DNA from: Octopus vulgaris
Lineage: Eukaryota
DNA: 64,000 bases
Assembly (NCBI GenBank): GCA_951406725.2
Contig: OX597839.1
Location: 39,928,001 to 39,992,000 of the forward strand
Direction: 5' to 3'
The notes under the pieces: model-generated
What the model was told of the DNA's origin: nothing
What the model saw: the letters and a program-made list of their open reading frames with translations, nothing else
Database searches by the model: none
Shown: positions 14,473-27,143 of the stretch, piece by piece
Layout: the number at the start of each line of letters is the position of its first letter
Position numbering within the stretch: position 1 is the stretch's first letter
Program-made: the position numbers and the translations under genes

Positions 14473-14860
14473 CTATCTGGATGAAATCCACTCAATCACA
14501 CGCCAGATTTTACCATAACGATAAATACGCGTGTGGTTCAATTGATTACATCCGACGTTATAATTCAAATGCCCCAACTAACAGCGCGCCAAATTTTCAC
14601 GGAAAACAAATACAGCATTTAGAAATAAATGCAGCATAATTATAATTAATTAATAAGGGTGAGAGAATTAGATACTAATTTAATAGTATATCTATTCTAC
14701 ACCAAGTGGCCTAGTGCTCCGAGAAACCTGGATTATTATAATATTTTATAATATATTACAATATTTTTACAAAATAAATATAAGAGAGTGGTCACTATAT
14801 GGCTCACTCTAGCACCAGTTAATCCACTGGCGTGTGATTGAGTGGATTTCATCCAGATAG

Positions 14861-14942
14861 TTTTGGCTGAAGAGCTACAAGTGGATTTTATTGTAAGTAA
14901 AATTACATTTAATTCATTAATAGCGAAACAATTGTCCCAAAA
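14861..14942 (+). ncRNA. Type I hammerhead ribozyme, array copy 2
   Basis: ttttgg CTGAAGA gcta..(long loop)..tagc GAAA caattg TC ccaaaa; canonical core; predicted cleavage after C14936; stem I extends via cagat/atctg. Confidence 0.88.
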
Positions 14943-15393
14943 TAATCTGTATTTGTTATTTTTTATTTGCCCTGTCCGTGTGAGCTAACAATCGTACTGA
15001 CTTTCATGGGAAACATGTATTTTTGTGGTTGAAACCTTTTGGATTAACTGGTGCTAGAGTGAGCCATATAGTGACCACTCTCTTATATTTATTTTGTAAA
15101 AATATTGTAATATATTATAAAATATTATAATAATCCAGGTTTCTCGGAGCACTAGGCCACTTGGTGTAGAATAGATATACTATTAAATTAGTATCTAATT
15201 CTCTCACCCTTATTAATTAATTATAATTATGCTGCATTTATTTCTAAATGCTGTATTTGTTTTCCGTGAAAATTTGGCGCGCTGTTAGTTGGGGCATTTG
15301 AATTATAACGTCGGATGTAATCAATTGAACCACACGCGTATTTATCGTTATGGTAAAATCTGGCGTGTGATTGAGTGGATTTCATCCAGATAG

Positions 15394-15475
15394 TTTTGGC
15401 TGAAGAGCTACAAGTGGATTTTATTGTAAGTAAAATTACATTTAATTCATTAATAGCGAAACAATTGTCCCAAAA
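15394..15475 (+). ncRNA. Type I hammerhead ribozyme, array copy 3
   Basis: Same motif; predicted cleavage after C15469. Confidence 0.88.
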
Positions 15476-15925
15476 TAATCTGTATTTGTTATTTTTTATT
15501 TGCCCTGTCCGTGTGAGCTAACAATCGTACTGACTTTCATGGGAAACATGTATTTTTGTGGTTGAAACCTTTTGGATTAACTGGTGCTAGAGTGAGCCAT
15601 ATAGTGACCACTCTCTTATATTTATTTTATAAAAATATTGTAATATATTATAAAATTTTATAATAATCCAGGTTTCTCGGAGCACTAGGCCACTTGGTGT
15701 AGAATAGATATACTATTAAATTAGTATCTAATTCTCTCACCCTTATTAATTAATTATAATTATGCTGCATTTATTTCTAAATGCTGTATTTGTTTTCCGT
15801 GAAAATTTGCGCGCTGTTAGTTGGGGCATTTGAATTATAACGTCGGATGTAATCAATTGAACCACACGCGTATTTATCGTTATGGTAAAATCTGGCGTGT
15901 GATTGAGTGGATTTCATCCAGATAG

Positions 15926-16007
15926 TTTTGGCTGAAGAGCTACAAGTGGATTTTATTGTAAGTAAAATTACATTTAATTCATTAATAGCGAAACAATTGT
16001 CCCAAAA
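15926..16007 (+). ncRNA. Type I hammerhead ribozyme, array copy 4
   Basis: Same motif; predicted cleavage after C16001. Confidence 0.88.
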
Positions 16008-16458
16008 TAATCTGTATTTGTTATTTTTTATTTGCCCTGTCCGTGTGAGCTAACAATCGTACTGACTTTCATGGGAAACATGTATTTTTGTGGTTGAAAC
16101 CTTTTGGATTAACTGGTGCTAGAGTGAGCCATATAGTGACCACTCTCTTATATTTATTTTGTAAAAATATTGTAATATATTATAAAATATTATAATAATC
16201 CAGGTTTCTCGGAGCACTAGGCCACTTGGTGTAGAATAGATATACTATTAAATTAGTATCTAATTCTCTCACCCTTATTAATTAATTATAATTATGCTGC
16301 ATTTATTTCTAAATGCTGTATTTGTTTTCCGTGAAAATTTGGCGCGCTGTTAGTTGGGGCATTTGAATTATAACGTCGGATGTAATCAATTGAACCACAC
16401 GCGTATTTATCGTTATGGTAAAATCTGGCGTGTGATTGAGTGGATTTCATCCAGATAG

Positions 16459-16540
16459 TTTTGGCTGAAGAGCTACAAGTGGATTTTATTGTAAGTAAAA
16501 TTACATTTAATTCATTAATAGCGAAACAATTGTCCCAAAA
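16459..16540 (+). ncRNA. Type I hammerhead ribozyme, array copy 5
   Basis: Same motif; predicted cleavage after C16534. Confidence 0.88.
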
Positions 16541-16709
16541 TAATCTGTATTTGTTATTTTTTATTTGCCCTGTCCGTGTGAGCTAACAATCGTACTGACT
16601 TTCATGGGAAACATGTATTTTTGTGGTTGAAACCTTTTGGATTAACTGGTGCTAGAGTGAGCCATATAGTGACCACTCTCTTATATTTATTTTATATATA
16701 TATATATAA

Positions 16710-16758
<49 letters not shown>

Positions 16759-16839
16759 TATATATATGTATGTATATATGCATATATATATATATTTATA
16801 TATGTATATACACACGCACATATATACATATATATATAC

Positions 16840-16898
<59 letters not shown>

Positions 16899-16917
16899 TA
16901 TACATATATATATATAC

Positions 16918-16967
<50 letters not shown>

Positions 16968-17058
16968 ACACATACAGACGTATATGAATAGAAATGGCTT
17001 TTCTGATAATTTTTTCACTTTAATAATTGGAGGTTTATAAATAAACATGTCCCTCCCC

Positions 17059-17105
<47 letters not shown>

Positions 17106-17165
17106 AAAAAATGAAGTTCGAAAATGTTGCTATATTATACAATTTTTAATTTTTATATATACATT

Positions 17166-17202
17166 ATAACATGTTTCAGTTCCTGAAATGAACCTTATCA
17201 AA
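17166..17202 (-). ncRNA. Hammerhead-like motif, U3-A8 core, eroded stem I
   Basis: Minus strand: TTGATAA ggttc-atttcag-gaact GAAA catg TT. Confidence 0.55.
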
Positions 17203-17554
17203 AAAAGTTATATATAAAAAAAGATAGTTCATGCTATCAAATATAAGAAATTCATTTATAATACACAATGGAGTCAGACATCATACAGTTCATATTTAGT
17301 TTGAAGTGAGTTCGTTCATGCTATATGTTTAAAGTGTATGATGCAGTGGTTCGTGGTGGTGATATATAGAAAATAGATCAAAGTGGTGGAATGCAGTCAA
17401 TATAAAAAATTGATGTTCCTGAAAGGGCGAGGAATTCATTTTTACCTTGAGCAACTGTGATGACCAATGGTGGGTGTTCGCTGGATGATTTTGGCGAATC
17501 TTGTGAATTGTCCGGGTTTTATAACACCTGTTAGATGGTCAGTCCAGCGTAGCG

Positions 17555-17910
17555 TGACGTCATCAACGTTTTGACCAATCGTTTCGTTAGGTGGCTTAGT
17601 CAAGCAGAACGGGACGTCATCAATATTCTGACCAATCGTGACCTATCGCTGTATTATAACTGCCTCTTGTCTGTATCCTGTTTTGACCAATCGTTTCGTT
17701 AGGTGGCTTAGTCAAGCAGAACGGTACGTCATCAAAATTCTGACCAATCACGACTTATAGCTGTATTAGGTCTGCCCCTTGTCTATATCTTGTTTGGTGA
17801 CAAGTCAAGCAGAAAAGGACGTCATCAATATTCTGACTAATCTCTGCCCCTTGTCTGTATCCTGTCCAGTCTAGCAGAATTAGACGTCATCAACGTGTTG
17901 ACCAATCAGA
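17555..17910. promoter_or_regulatory. Repeated ACGTCA + CCAAT modules in the PLE 3' non-coding region
   Basis: Five (G/T)ACGTCATCAA..TGAC(C/T)AATC modules within imperfect tandem repeats. Confidence 0.5.
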
Positions 17911-18097
17911 ATCGGGTCTGACCCTTAGCTGTATCGTATATGGTCAGTCCATCAGGGTTAGATTTGTACGAAGAAATCTTTTTATAAATTTTTTTCCCTT
18001 TTTTCCTAAGGCATATTTCCGTCAGTGCGAGTGACTGTTTAAGGTAGCGGCCGTGGTGGAATTTTGCTTCTCCTTTTCGGAGGATCTATCTTTTGTT

Positions 18098-19166
18098 TTA
18101 ATATTCCTGGCCCAGGGTGTTTAAACTTGGTTTATATTTTTTTATGAAATACAGTTCTTTATTTTGGCGTTGCGTGAAGGTTGCGTTGTCACTGAATTTA
18201 TAGAGCGGGTTAGTTGTAAATTTCGGATTTACATTTCCAGCACATCTATCTATGTGTCCGCTGACCGGTATTTTCCGGTAATCAGGGTTTCTAATTTGTG
18301 ATTTATGCACCGCCATCCTGTTACGTAATCTATTTTTTGTATGGCCTATATACTGCCTATTGCAGCCTGCGCATGTTATGACGTAAATTAAGTTTTCTGA
18401 TGCGCAGGTGAAGTTTGTTCTAATGGTGAACTGGTGGCCTTGTTCCGGTATAAATTCTGATCCTTCTTTCAAGATGACACAGATTCCGCAGTTGGGTCTT
18501 CCACATTTTCTGACTGCTGGTTTTGTGGTTGATGTTGAGTGCAGTGTAGCTTGGGTTAAAATCCTTTTCAAGGATTTTGGTTGCCGTTTACTTTTAATGA
18601 TGGTGTGTGTTTCGAGGATCCGGTTCATCTTTGGGTCTCCCTTTAGTAGGGCTGTGCTTTGTAGTATGGTGTTGAAGGCCTCATTGTTGAGTGGGTTGTG
18701 TGTAGAGATGTAGGGAAGGGTTTTTAATTGTTCTTTTTTTTTTTGGTTTTGTTTGTCTCAGGTCTTCTATACTTAATTTAAGTACCCGTTGTATTGCACT
18801 GTCTATTAGGGGCTGTGGATAGTTTCTATTTGTGAGTGTGGTTCTAAGTTCCTGGAGACGTGTGTGTCGGGTGTTTGTGTCTGATATTATGGTGCAAATC
18901 CTTCTAGCTAAACAAAAAGGGACATTCATTCTCGTGTGTCGTGGGTGGCATGAATCAAAGGGTAGGTACTGTTTGGAGTCTGTCGGTTTATAGTAGATAT
19001 CTGTCTCTATTTTGTTGCCGGTTTTCTTAATGAGGATGTCTAAAAATGGTAATTCTTTTTCGTTGTGATCCATCGTGAATTGTATATTGTCATTTATTCA
19101 TTTAATAGTATTTTAAATTCCACAAGTTTCTCTATACCTTTGTCCCAGATGATGAAACAGTCATCG

Positions 19167-19171
<5 letters not shown>
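18098..19171 (-). pseudogene. PLE polyprotein remnant: RT (YLDD onward) plus GIY-YIG endonuclease, frameshifted
   Basis: YLDDCFIIW; ELPFLDILI; TDIYYKPTDSKQYL..SCHP; CGRPNCGIC; NLIYVITC..QYIGHT..R..H. Frameshifts near 19095 and 18735. Confidence 0.92.
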
Positions 19172-19253
<82 letters not shown>

Positions 19254-19851
19254 TAGATAAATAATACAAAATGAGACAAAAACGCAGAACATCCGGACAA
19301 CTAGGTGATACAAAAAGGGACAACAAAACATCCAGGTAGACGATACAAAGAAAGCAAAAACGAGTCATTCGACGATTTCTATCGTCAGTCAAGTACCAGA
19401 TTGTCCTTCCAATTTCGGCTGATACATACACACACATTCATATATATGTGTGACACACACACACACACACACACAATTGATCATGGATATATGCACATAT
19501 ACATGCATATATATATATACATACAAAATATTGTATGTATACTCTCAAGAAGCCTTCAAGAACACACACCAGAACGTACTCAAATATTCGTACACAAATG
19601 TTCATCGAAGTACACCTATATACACGTGTACACATGTATACACAATCTATTGATCTGAAAAAAATCCTCCATGTTCCCATACAAACAAACATCCACCGAC
19701 AAAAAATGCGCAAGAAAATATCATATGCCTTCACAGACGCATTTCCCACACATATGCACACATGCATAGGCGTATGGCATGTGCTGCGAAACCCACACAG
19801 AATTGAACAAAACATAACTTACATTGGGATATATATACACACAGAAAGACA

Positions 19852-19885
<34 letters not shown>

Positions 19886-19961
19886 CATACACACATACAT
19901 ACATACATACATACACACATACATACATACATACATGCATACATAAATACACACACACACG

Positions 19962-20010
<49 letters not shown>

Positions 20011-21169
20011 GTATGTATGTGTGTATATATGTATATATATATGTATGTATATATATATATATACATATATGTATATGTATGTATGTGTGTATATATGTAT
20101 ATATATATATATGTATATGTATGTATGTGTATATATATAGGCGAGAAACAAATTTATATTTACATACACACACTGACACAAATATATACACACGCAATCA
20201 CAGGGACACACAAATGCCTGCCTACGTGGGTATATAGCATATGATCCGAAATACACAAACACACACACACGCACATACGCATACAATTACACATAGACAC
20301 AAACACGCTTAAAACAGGCACACACCTACACACACAAGCACGCACACACACTCACACAGACTTGCACGCACACACGTATGACAGACATGCCCAAAAGCAG
20401 GTACACACATACACACGCGCATATACATATACGCATGCACACACATCATTATAAAGGCTTATAAATACACACAGGAGCAAACATATATTGACAAAAACAC
20501 ACACATATATGCACACACATATATGCACACACATACCCACACACATACAACTACTTGTATCCACGCACCTATATACACACACATACATACACACACATAC
20601 ACACACACATACACACACATACACACGCATACACAAATCCACACACAATCTCAGTCACAGACACAGATGCAACCAAACAAATATTACCATAGTAATGTTA
20701 TGGAGGCAGCTAACCTAGATTCTGTTTTTTAAATTTTAATTAGATAATTAAATTTTCAAGAAATACATTAATGAAGTCAACGACGTATAAAGATTAAACA
20801 ACTGTCTTTTGTTTTTACCTCCGCACAAATGCGACACCTAGTGACGATGTCGTAGAAGTGCCTCAATAAGCATTATATCCAAGAGTGTGTGAATATATAT
20901 CTTGCCGTGAGGGACTAGCGACGAATCCAGGGGGAATTATTTCGGGAAGGAGGATTTTCGTAATAGTGTCTCATACGGTTTTTGTTTTAAATGATTTAAA
21001 ATTTATATTTTATCGCTTAGTTGCTTCAGTCTTTAGACTCCGGCCATGCTGGAGCATTGCCTTGAAGAATTTTTAGTTGAATTAATCGACCCCTAGTAAT
21101 CGATTTTTGTTACCTCTGGTACTTCTATTCGTCTATTTTGCCGGGCCTCTTGCTCACGGGCGCGTAATC

Positions 21170-21569
21170 TGAAGCATTTCTACCTGGTAAAACAAAGCAG
21201 CAAACCGCAGGACCTGGCGCTAGGCCTACTTCTTCTCATTTCAATGATTTGAGCAAAAACGACTCCAGCATCGGGGCCGACTTCGCGCAAGCACAAAGGG
21301 ACGTTGCCAAAGCGCCGCTCCTCTAAATGAAAGCCTTACCTGTTTTTACGCCCTTGTTGCAGGGAGCAAAGTAGGCCTTGCCGTCCACTCAAGAAAACAC
21401 GTAGAAAAATGCTCCACAAGTACTCGAGAAAACTGAGTCGTCAACTTGGTCCTTTTGCCAAAAAGGTTTGTAAGGCCCAAGCAGATCTCAAGAGACACAT
21501 TCATGTCCACAAGACATTAGTATCGCTTTATTTTACTGAACCCCCATTCGTCGTTTACGACGAGAGAAT

Positions 21570-21575
<6 letters not shown>
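21170..21575 (+). mobile_element. RTE-like LINE 3' end, degenerate
   Basis: TW*NKAANRRTWR..FEQKRLQH, a Zn-finger-like remnant [16 protein letters not shown], and a 3' stem-loop TCGTCGTTTACGACGA. Confidence 0.6.
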
Positions 21576-21643
<68 letters not shown>

Positions 21644-21880
21644 CATATATATATATATACATATATATATATTTATATTCTCTTTTTGTCTTACTTAAAG
21701 AATGTCTTTTAGTCGAAGAAATCGACTGCAAGACTTATTTTTCGTAAGCCTAGAACTGATTCCATCGGTCTTTTTTCCCGAAAGGCTAAGTTACGGGGAC
21801 GTAAACACTCCAACACCAGTTGTCGAGTAATGGTGTGGGTCAAACACAGACACAAAGGCAGATACAGAAATATATATATA

Positions 21881-22125
21881 TTGACTGTGGCCATGCTGGA
21901 GCACCGCCTTTAGTCGAGCAAATCGACCCCAGGACTTATTCTTTGTAAGTCTAGTACTTATTCTATCGGTCTCTTTTGTTCCCGTAACTTAACGGTTCGG
22001 CAAAAGAGACTGATAGAATAAGTACTAGGCTTACAAAGAATAAATCCTGGGGTCGATTTGCTCAACTAAAGGCTCTAGCATGGCCACAGTCAAATGACTG
22101 AAACAAGTAAAAGAGTAAATGAGAG
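21881..22125. mobile_element. SINE family A 3' ends in head-to-head inverted arrangement
   Basis: 21881-21978 is the reverse complement of about 22001-22094. Confidence 0.85.
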
Positions 22126-22129
22126 TAAA

Positions 22130-22520
22130 GCAGTAATAGAATTAAAGATATTACTGGACTTCAACAATAGAAAAACAGTTTTTTGGAATAAATTGGTTTA
22201 AGAATATCAAGAATTAGAAGAAGGCTGAATTTACCCAGTTTGTTATTGTAGAATTTTGTCCATCTATATCTAGATTGGTACTTGATAAAGCCATTGGGTT
22301 GGTAAATCAGTTGTGATATTGACCCGATAGATTTAGATTTTTCACGCATGCGAGGAAAACACACTAGTTCAGTAAAGGATTAGCAATTGGTAAAAAAAAA
22401 AGTCGAGTACTTTGTTATGATATGTGGTTTGCGCCTGAAGATTATGTTTCAGTTCTCTCAACGTATGAAACTATTAGTAGCGCTTTAATACATGTATTGT
22501 GACCTGTAAATAAATAACGT
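22130..22520 (+). mobile_element. Internally deleted PLE relic (RT fragment plus 3' end with HHR)
   Basis: Manual translation across stops/frameshifts: GLQQ*KNS..INWFKNIKN*KKAEFTQFVIVEFCPSISRLVLDKAI, resembling the PLE RT F(D)IxxFYPSI motif; HHR downstream. Confidence 0.65.
22431..22483 (+). ncRNA. Type I hammerhead ribozyme
   Basis: gcgc CTGAAGA ttatgtt..aacgtat GAAA ctattag TA gcgc. Confidence 0.75.
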
Positions 22521-22521
22521 T

Positions 22522-22557
<36 letters not shown>

Positions 22558-23327
22558 AATAAATATATGTGTGAACAAATATATGGAATATATATATATA
22601 TGTATATATATACATATACATATATATACTCAAACATACGCGTGTGCACTCACATATAAGTCCTTATATGTAATTTGAAAAGTTTTCTGTGTTTGCAAAT
22701 ATATTTATGAATACACACACACACATATATATATGTATATATACACACATACATATATACATACATAGATACATATATGTATATCTATATAATACATATA
22801 TGCATATACATACAAATACACACATATTTACATATACATATCTGTATATAATTACATATATATGGGTGTGTATATATATATATATGTATAAGTATGTACA
22901 CATATTTATATGTATATGTATATGCACATACATACATACGTACACATATACATGCATGCATCCATACATACATACCTACATATATATAGATAAGTTTTCA
23001 CCGCATTATCTATTTGCCGAACTGTCTGGCATTTAAGTAGGTGTCTCTATATCAGTTGTTCTGTACATATACTTATGTATGCATGTAGGTGTTGCATGTG
23101 TGTGTGCGTGTATGTGTGTGTGTGTGTGTGTGTGTGCTTCTGTCCATTCAAATTCTTAACAACAATTACCGTAAATTGTGGGGGAAAAAATCTTCTGAAG
23201 TACTTATTGAAATACAATGACTAATTGTTATGGGTATTTAACTGAGGTAAGACGGATATACACATACACAAATACATACTAACATACACACCTATCTATA
23301 CACACACACACACATCTATACATATCT

Positions 23328-23358
<31 letters not shown>

Positions 23359-23484
23359 CTTATGTTCATATATATACACGTATATACTTTTGTATGTTTA
23401 TATATAAATATATATATATAGATAGATAGATATATTGATAGACAGATATATACATATATATGCATATATCTATCTATCTATCTA

Positions 23485-23562
<78 letters not shown>

Positions 23563-24135
23563 TATACATTGTATACATACACAAGCATATATACTGCATT
23601 TCTTAATGTTCCCCAGTCTCTTAATGTTCTCTGTTTTGTTATTTTGGTTATTACCTTTCATTCAAAAATTTTAAATGCAGACTTAAAATACAAGAAATGT
23701 GAAAATTTTAATGTAAAACACAAAGGCGAAAATGCCGTAGGCAAAAAAAAGAAAAAAGAGCCAATTGTCTATATGTTAAAATAAATACGAAGGTATAAAT
23801 GGCGGCCATAAAACAACGATGAGGCATAGAGATTTTAAAAACAATAAAACGTTTAGATGCAGGACTCTTAATATATTTGTGTCTTGCTTTTCGTATATTT
23901 TCACTGGAATAACAAAATTAAAAGAGGAAAAAAGAAATAGTAATTTCAATGAAATATTTTAAAATATCAATTTTAATAACAATACCAAATGTAAGGAGAG
24001 AAAAAAAAATCATTGTGGGATGTATACATATATATATATGTATATGAATGTATACAGTTATATGTGTGCGCGCGCGCAAGCGTGTGTGTGAGTGACTGTG
24101 TGTATATATTTATATATATATGTATATATATGTAA

Positions 24136-24174
<39 letters not shown>

Positions 24175-24337
24175 TATATATAAATATAAATATATATATA
24201 TACATATATATTTACACATATATATGTGTGTGTTTGTATGTTTGTATCTATATATTGCATGTATACGTATGTATATATATGGCTATACCTATATGTATGT
24301 ATGAATGTATTAATCTATCTATCTATCTATCTCTCCC

Positions 24338-24422
<85 letters not shown>

Positions 24423-24487
24423 ATGTATATATACATATATATATATATGTGTATATATATATGTATGTATATATATATATATATGTG

Positions 24488-24523
<36 letters not shown>

Positions 24524-25171
24524 GACACAAACACACACACACATACATATATATTTATATATATATATATATATATATATTTGTATAAATATATCATTGG
24601 TCGCAGTAAAAGATTATATAAGCTTATATATAAATATATATACACATATTTGTGTATACGTGTGCGCATGTGTATAAAAATTCGTATGCACATAAGTAGG
24701 ACTGACTATATGTGTATATGCGAGTATAGACATATGTGTGTTTGTTTGTTCGTACCCACATTGGCACATTATATACGCGCACGAATGCATACAGTTGCGC
24801 AATTAAATAAACATACATTTTAACGAACATTTGGAACGTTCGCCGAACTTTCAAACATTGCCTAATCCACCGTTTACGTATCATGGAGGAGACGTCGCGA
24901 CCCTCTGTGCCTCTGGCATAGCGCCATGTTGTATATATTTATACAGCAGGTAAGACCTTTTGTATACTCCTTAATAAAGGCTTCACCCTGTACTCATAGG
25001 TCAGTAAAATACACAACAGATGTAAACGAGACTTATGAAATATTAATGCCTGACGGATTGATGGGAATTACAAAGGAAAACAAGTTTGTTTATGTTACAA
25101 AAACATATGTATGTATTAATGTATTTATGTTTGTCTCTCTCTTCAATTCTCCCTCTCTCTATATGCACTTA

Positions 25172-25230
<59 letters not shown>

Positions 25231-25369
25231 TTATATATGTATATATATATGTATATATATATGAATGCACGTATATACACATAAATATATGCATGTATAT
25301 ATATATGTTTATATATATATACACATAGACACACATATATATACACATGTGTCTGTACCTGTACGTATA

Positions 25370-25465
<96 letters not shown>

Positions 25466-25762
25466 TATATGTATATATATATGTATATATGTATGTATAT
25501 GTATGTATATATATATACATGAATGTATATATATATACATATATATATATATACATATGTATATATAAAAGTATATGTACAGGTACAGACACACGTGTAT
25601 ATATATGTGTGTGTATGTGTATATATATAAACATATATATATATACATGCATATATATGTATGTATATATACGTGCATTCATGACAAACAAACATACACA
25701 TATAGGTACGCATACATATTTTCTTACGTAAATATTTTATGATTATGCATATATTCATCCAA

Positions 25763-25825
<63 letters not shown>

Positions 25826-26033
25826 CACACAATATATATATATATATATAGGCCCAGGAGGAGCTGTGTGGTATGAAGCTTATTTCTCAAACACATGGTT
25901 CCGGGTGTGTGTGTGTATATTTTGATATATACATATGTATATTTATATACACACTAAAACACAAGTTCACATAGGGAAACTCACTTGGTGGTACACGCAC
26001 AACAACCACGCATGCACACGCGCACACACACAT

Positions 26034-26563
26034 TCGACCTCGGCGGAATTTGAACTCAGAACGTAACGGCAGACGAAATACGGCTACGCAATTCGCCCGG
26101 CGTGCTAACGTTTCTTATTTCTTTATTGCCCACAAGGGGCTAAGCATAGAGGTGACAAACAAGGACAGACAAAGGGATCAAGTCGATTACATCGACCCCA
26201 GTGTGTAACTGGTACTTAATTTATCGACCCAGAAAGGATGAAAGGCAAGGTCAACCTCGGCGAAATTTGAATTCAGAACGTAACGGCAGACGAAATACGG
26301 CTACGCAATTCGCCCGGCGTGCTAACGTTTCTTATTTCTTTATTGCCCACAAGGGGCTAAGCATAGAGGTGACAAACAAGGACAGACAAAGGGATCAAGT
26401 CGATTACATCGACCCCAGTGTGTAACTGGTACTTAATTTATCTACCCAGAAAGGATGAAAGGCAAAGTCGACCTCGGCGGAATTTGAACTCAGAACGTAA
26501 CTGCAGACGAAATACGTCTACGCATTTCGCCCAGCGTGCTAACGTTTCTGCCAGCTCGCCGCC
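26034..26563 (-). mobile_element. SINE family B, tandem ~2.4 copies (period 217)
   Basis: AACGTTTCTTATTTC junction at 26107 and 26324; full head at the 26563 end. Confidence 0.85.
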
Positions 26564-26773
26564 TTTATCTGTTCTGAACAATGACGTTGTGAAAACGGCA
26601 ATTTGTCTTCTATGAAAGCTCGTGACAAGCATATCAGGAAATTGTATTTAGAAGGAAAATAGGTCACTCATGAACTTTACCTCCGAGAATAAAGCATGGC
26701 GTTCAACAAATTCCAACAATTTCCTCATTAGTAATAAACAAACACCTTTTCTTAATTAAATTGTAACAGGTTA

Positions 26774-27143
26774 GGCGCAGGAGTGGCTGTGTCGTAGGTA
26801 GCTTGCTAACCAACCACATGGTTCCGGGTTCAGTCCCACTGCGTGGCACCTTGGGCAAGTGTCTTCTGCTATAGCCCCGGGCCGACCAATGCCTTGTGAG
26901 TGGATTTGGTAGACGGAAACTGAAAGAAGCATGTTGTATATATGTATATATATGCGTGTGTGTGTTTGCGTGTCTGTGTTTGTCCCCCTAGCATTGCTTG
27001 ACAAGCGATGCTGGTGTGTTTACGTCCCCGTCACTTAGCGGTTCGGCAAAAGAGACCGATAGAATAAGTACTGGGCTTACAAAGAATAAGTCCCGGGGCC
27101 GCAGTCAAATGACTGAAACAAGTAAAAGAGTAAAAGAGTAAAG
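26774..27143 (+). mobile_element. SINE family A inserted in the mariner TGDEKW motif
   Basis: TSD AGGTTA at 26768-26773 and 27144-27149. Confidence 0.9.

Larger units (their letters stand above)
14114..16693. repeat. 533-bp tandem array with an inversion: ~1.3 units on - (14114-14826), then ~3.5 units on + (14827-16693); retrozyme-like
   Basis: Period 532-533 (14121/14654; 14861/15394/15926/16459); units nearly identical; no ORF; flanked by (TA)n. Confidence 0.95.
17101..19171 (-). mobile_element. 5'-truncated Penelope-like retroelement (Neptune-like)
   Basis: RT C-terminus plus GIY-YIG, then ~1 kb of 3' non-coding sequence ending near an HHR-like motif; (TA)n on both sides. Confidence 0.9.
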
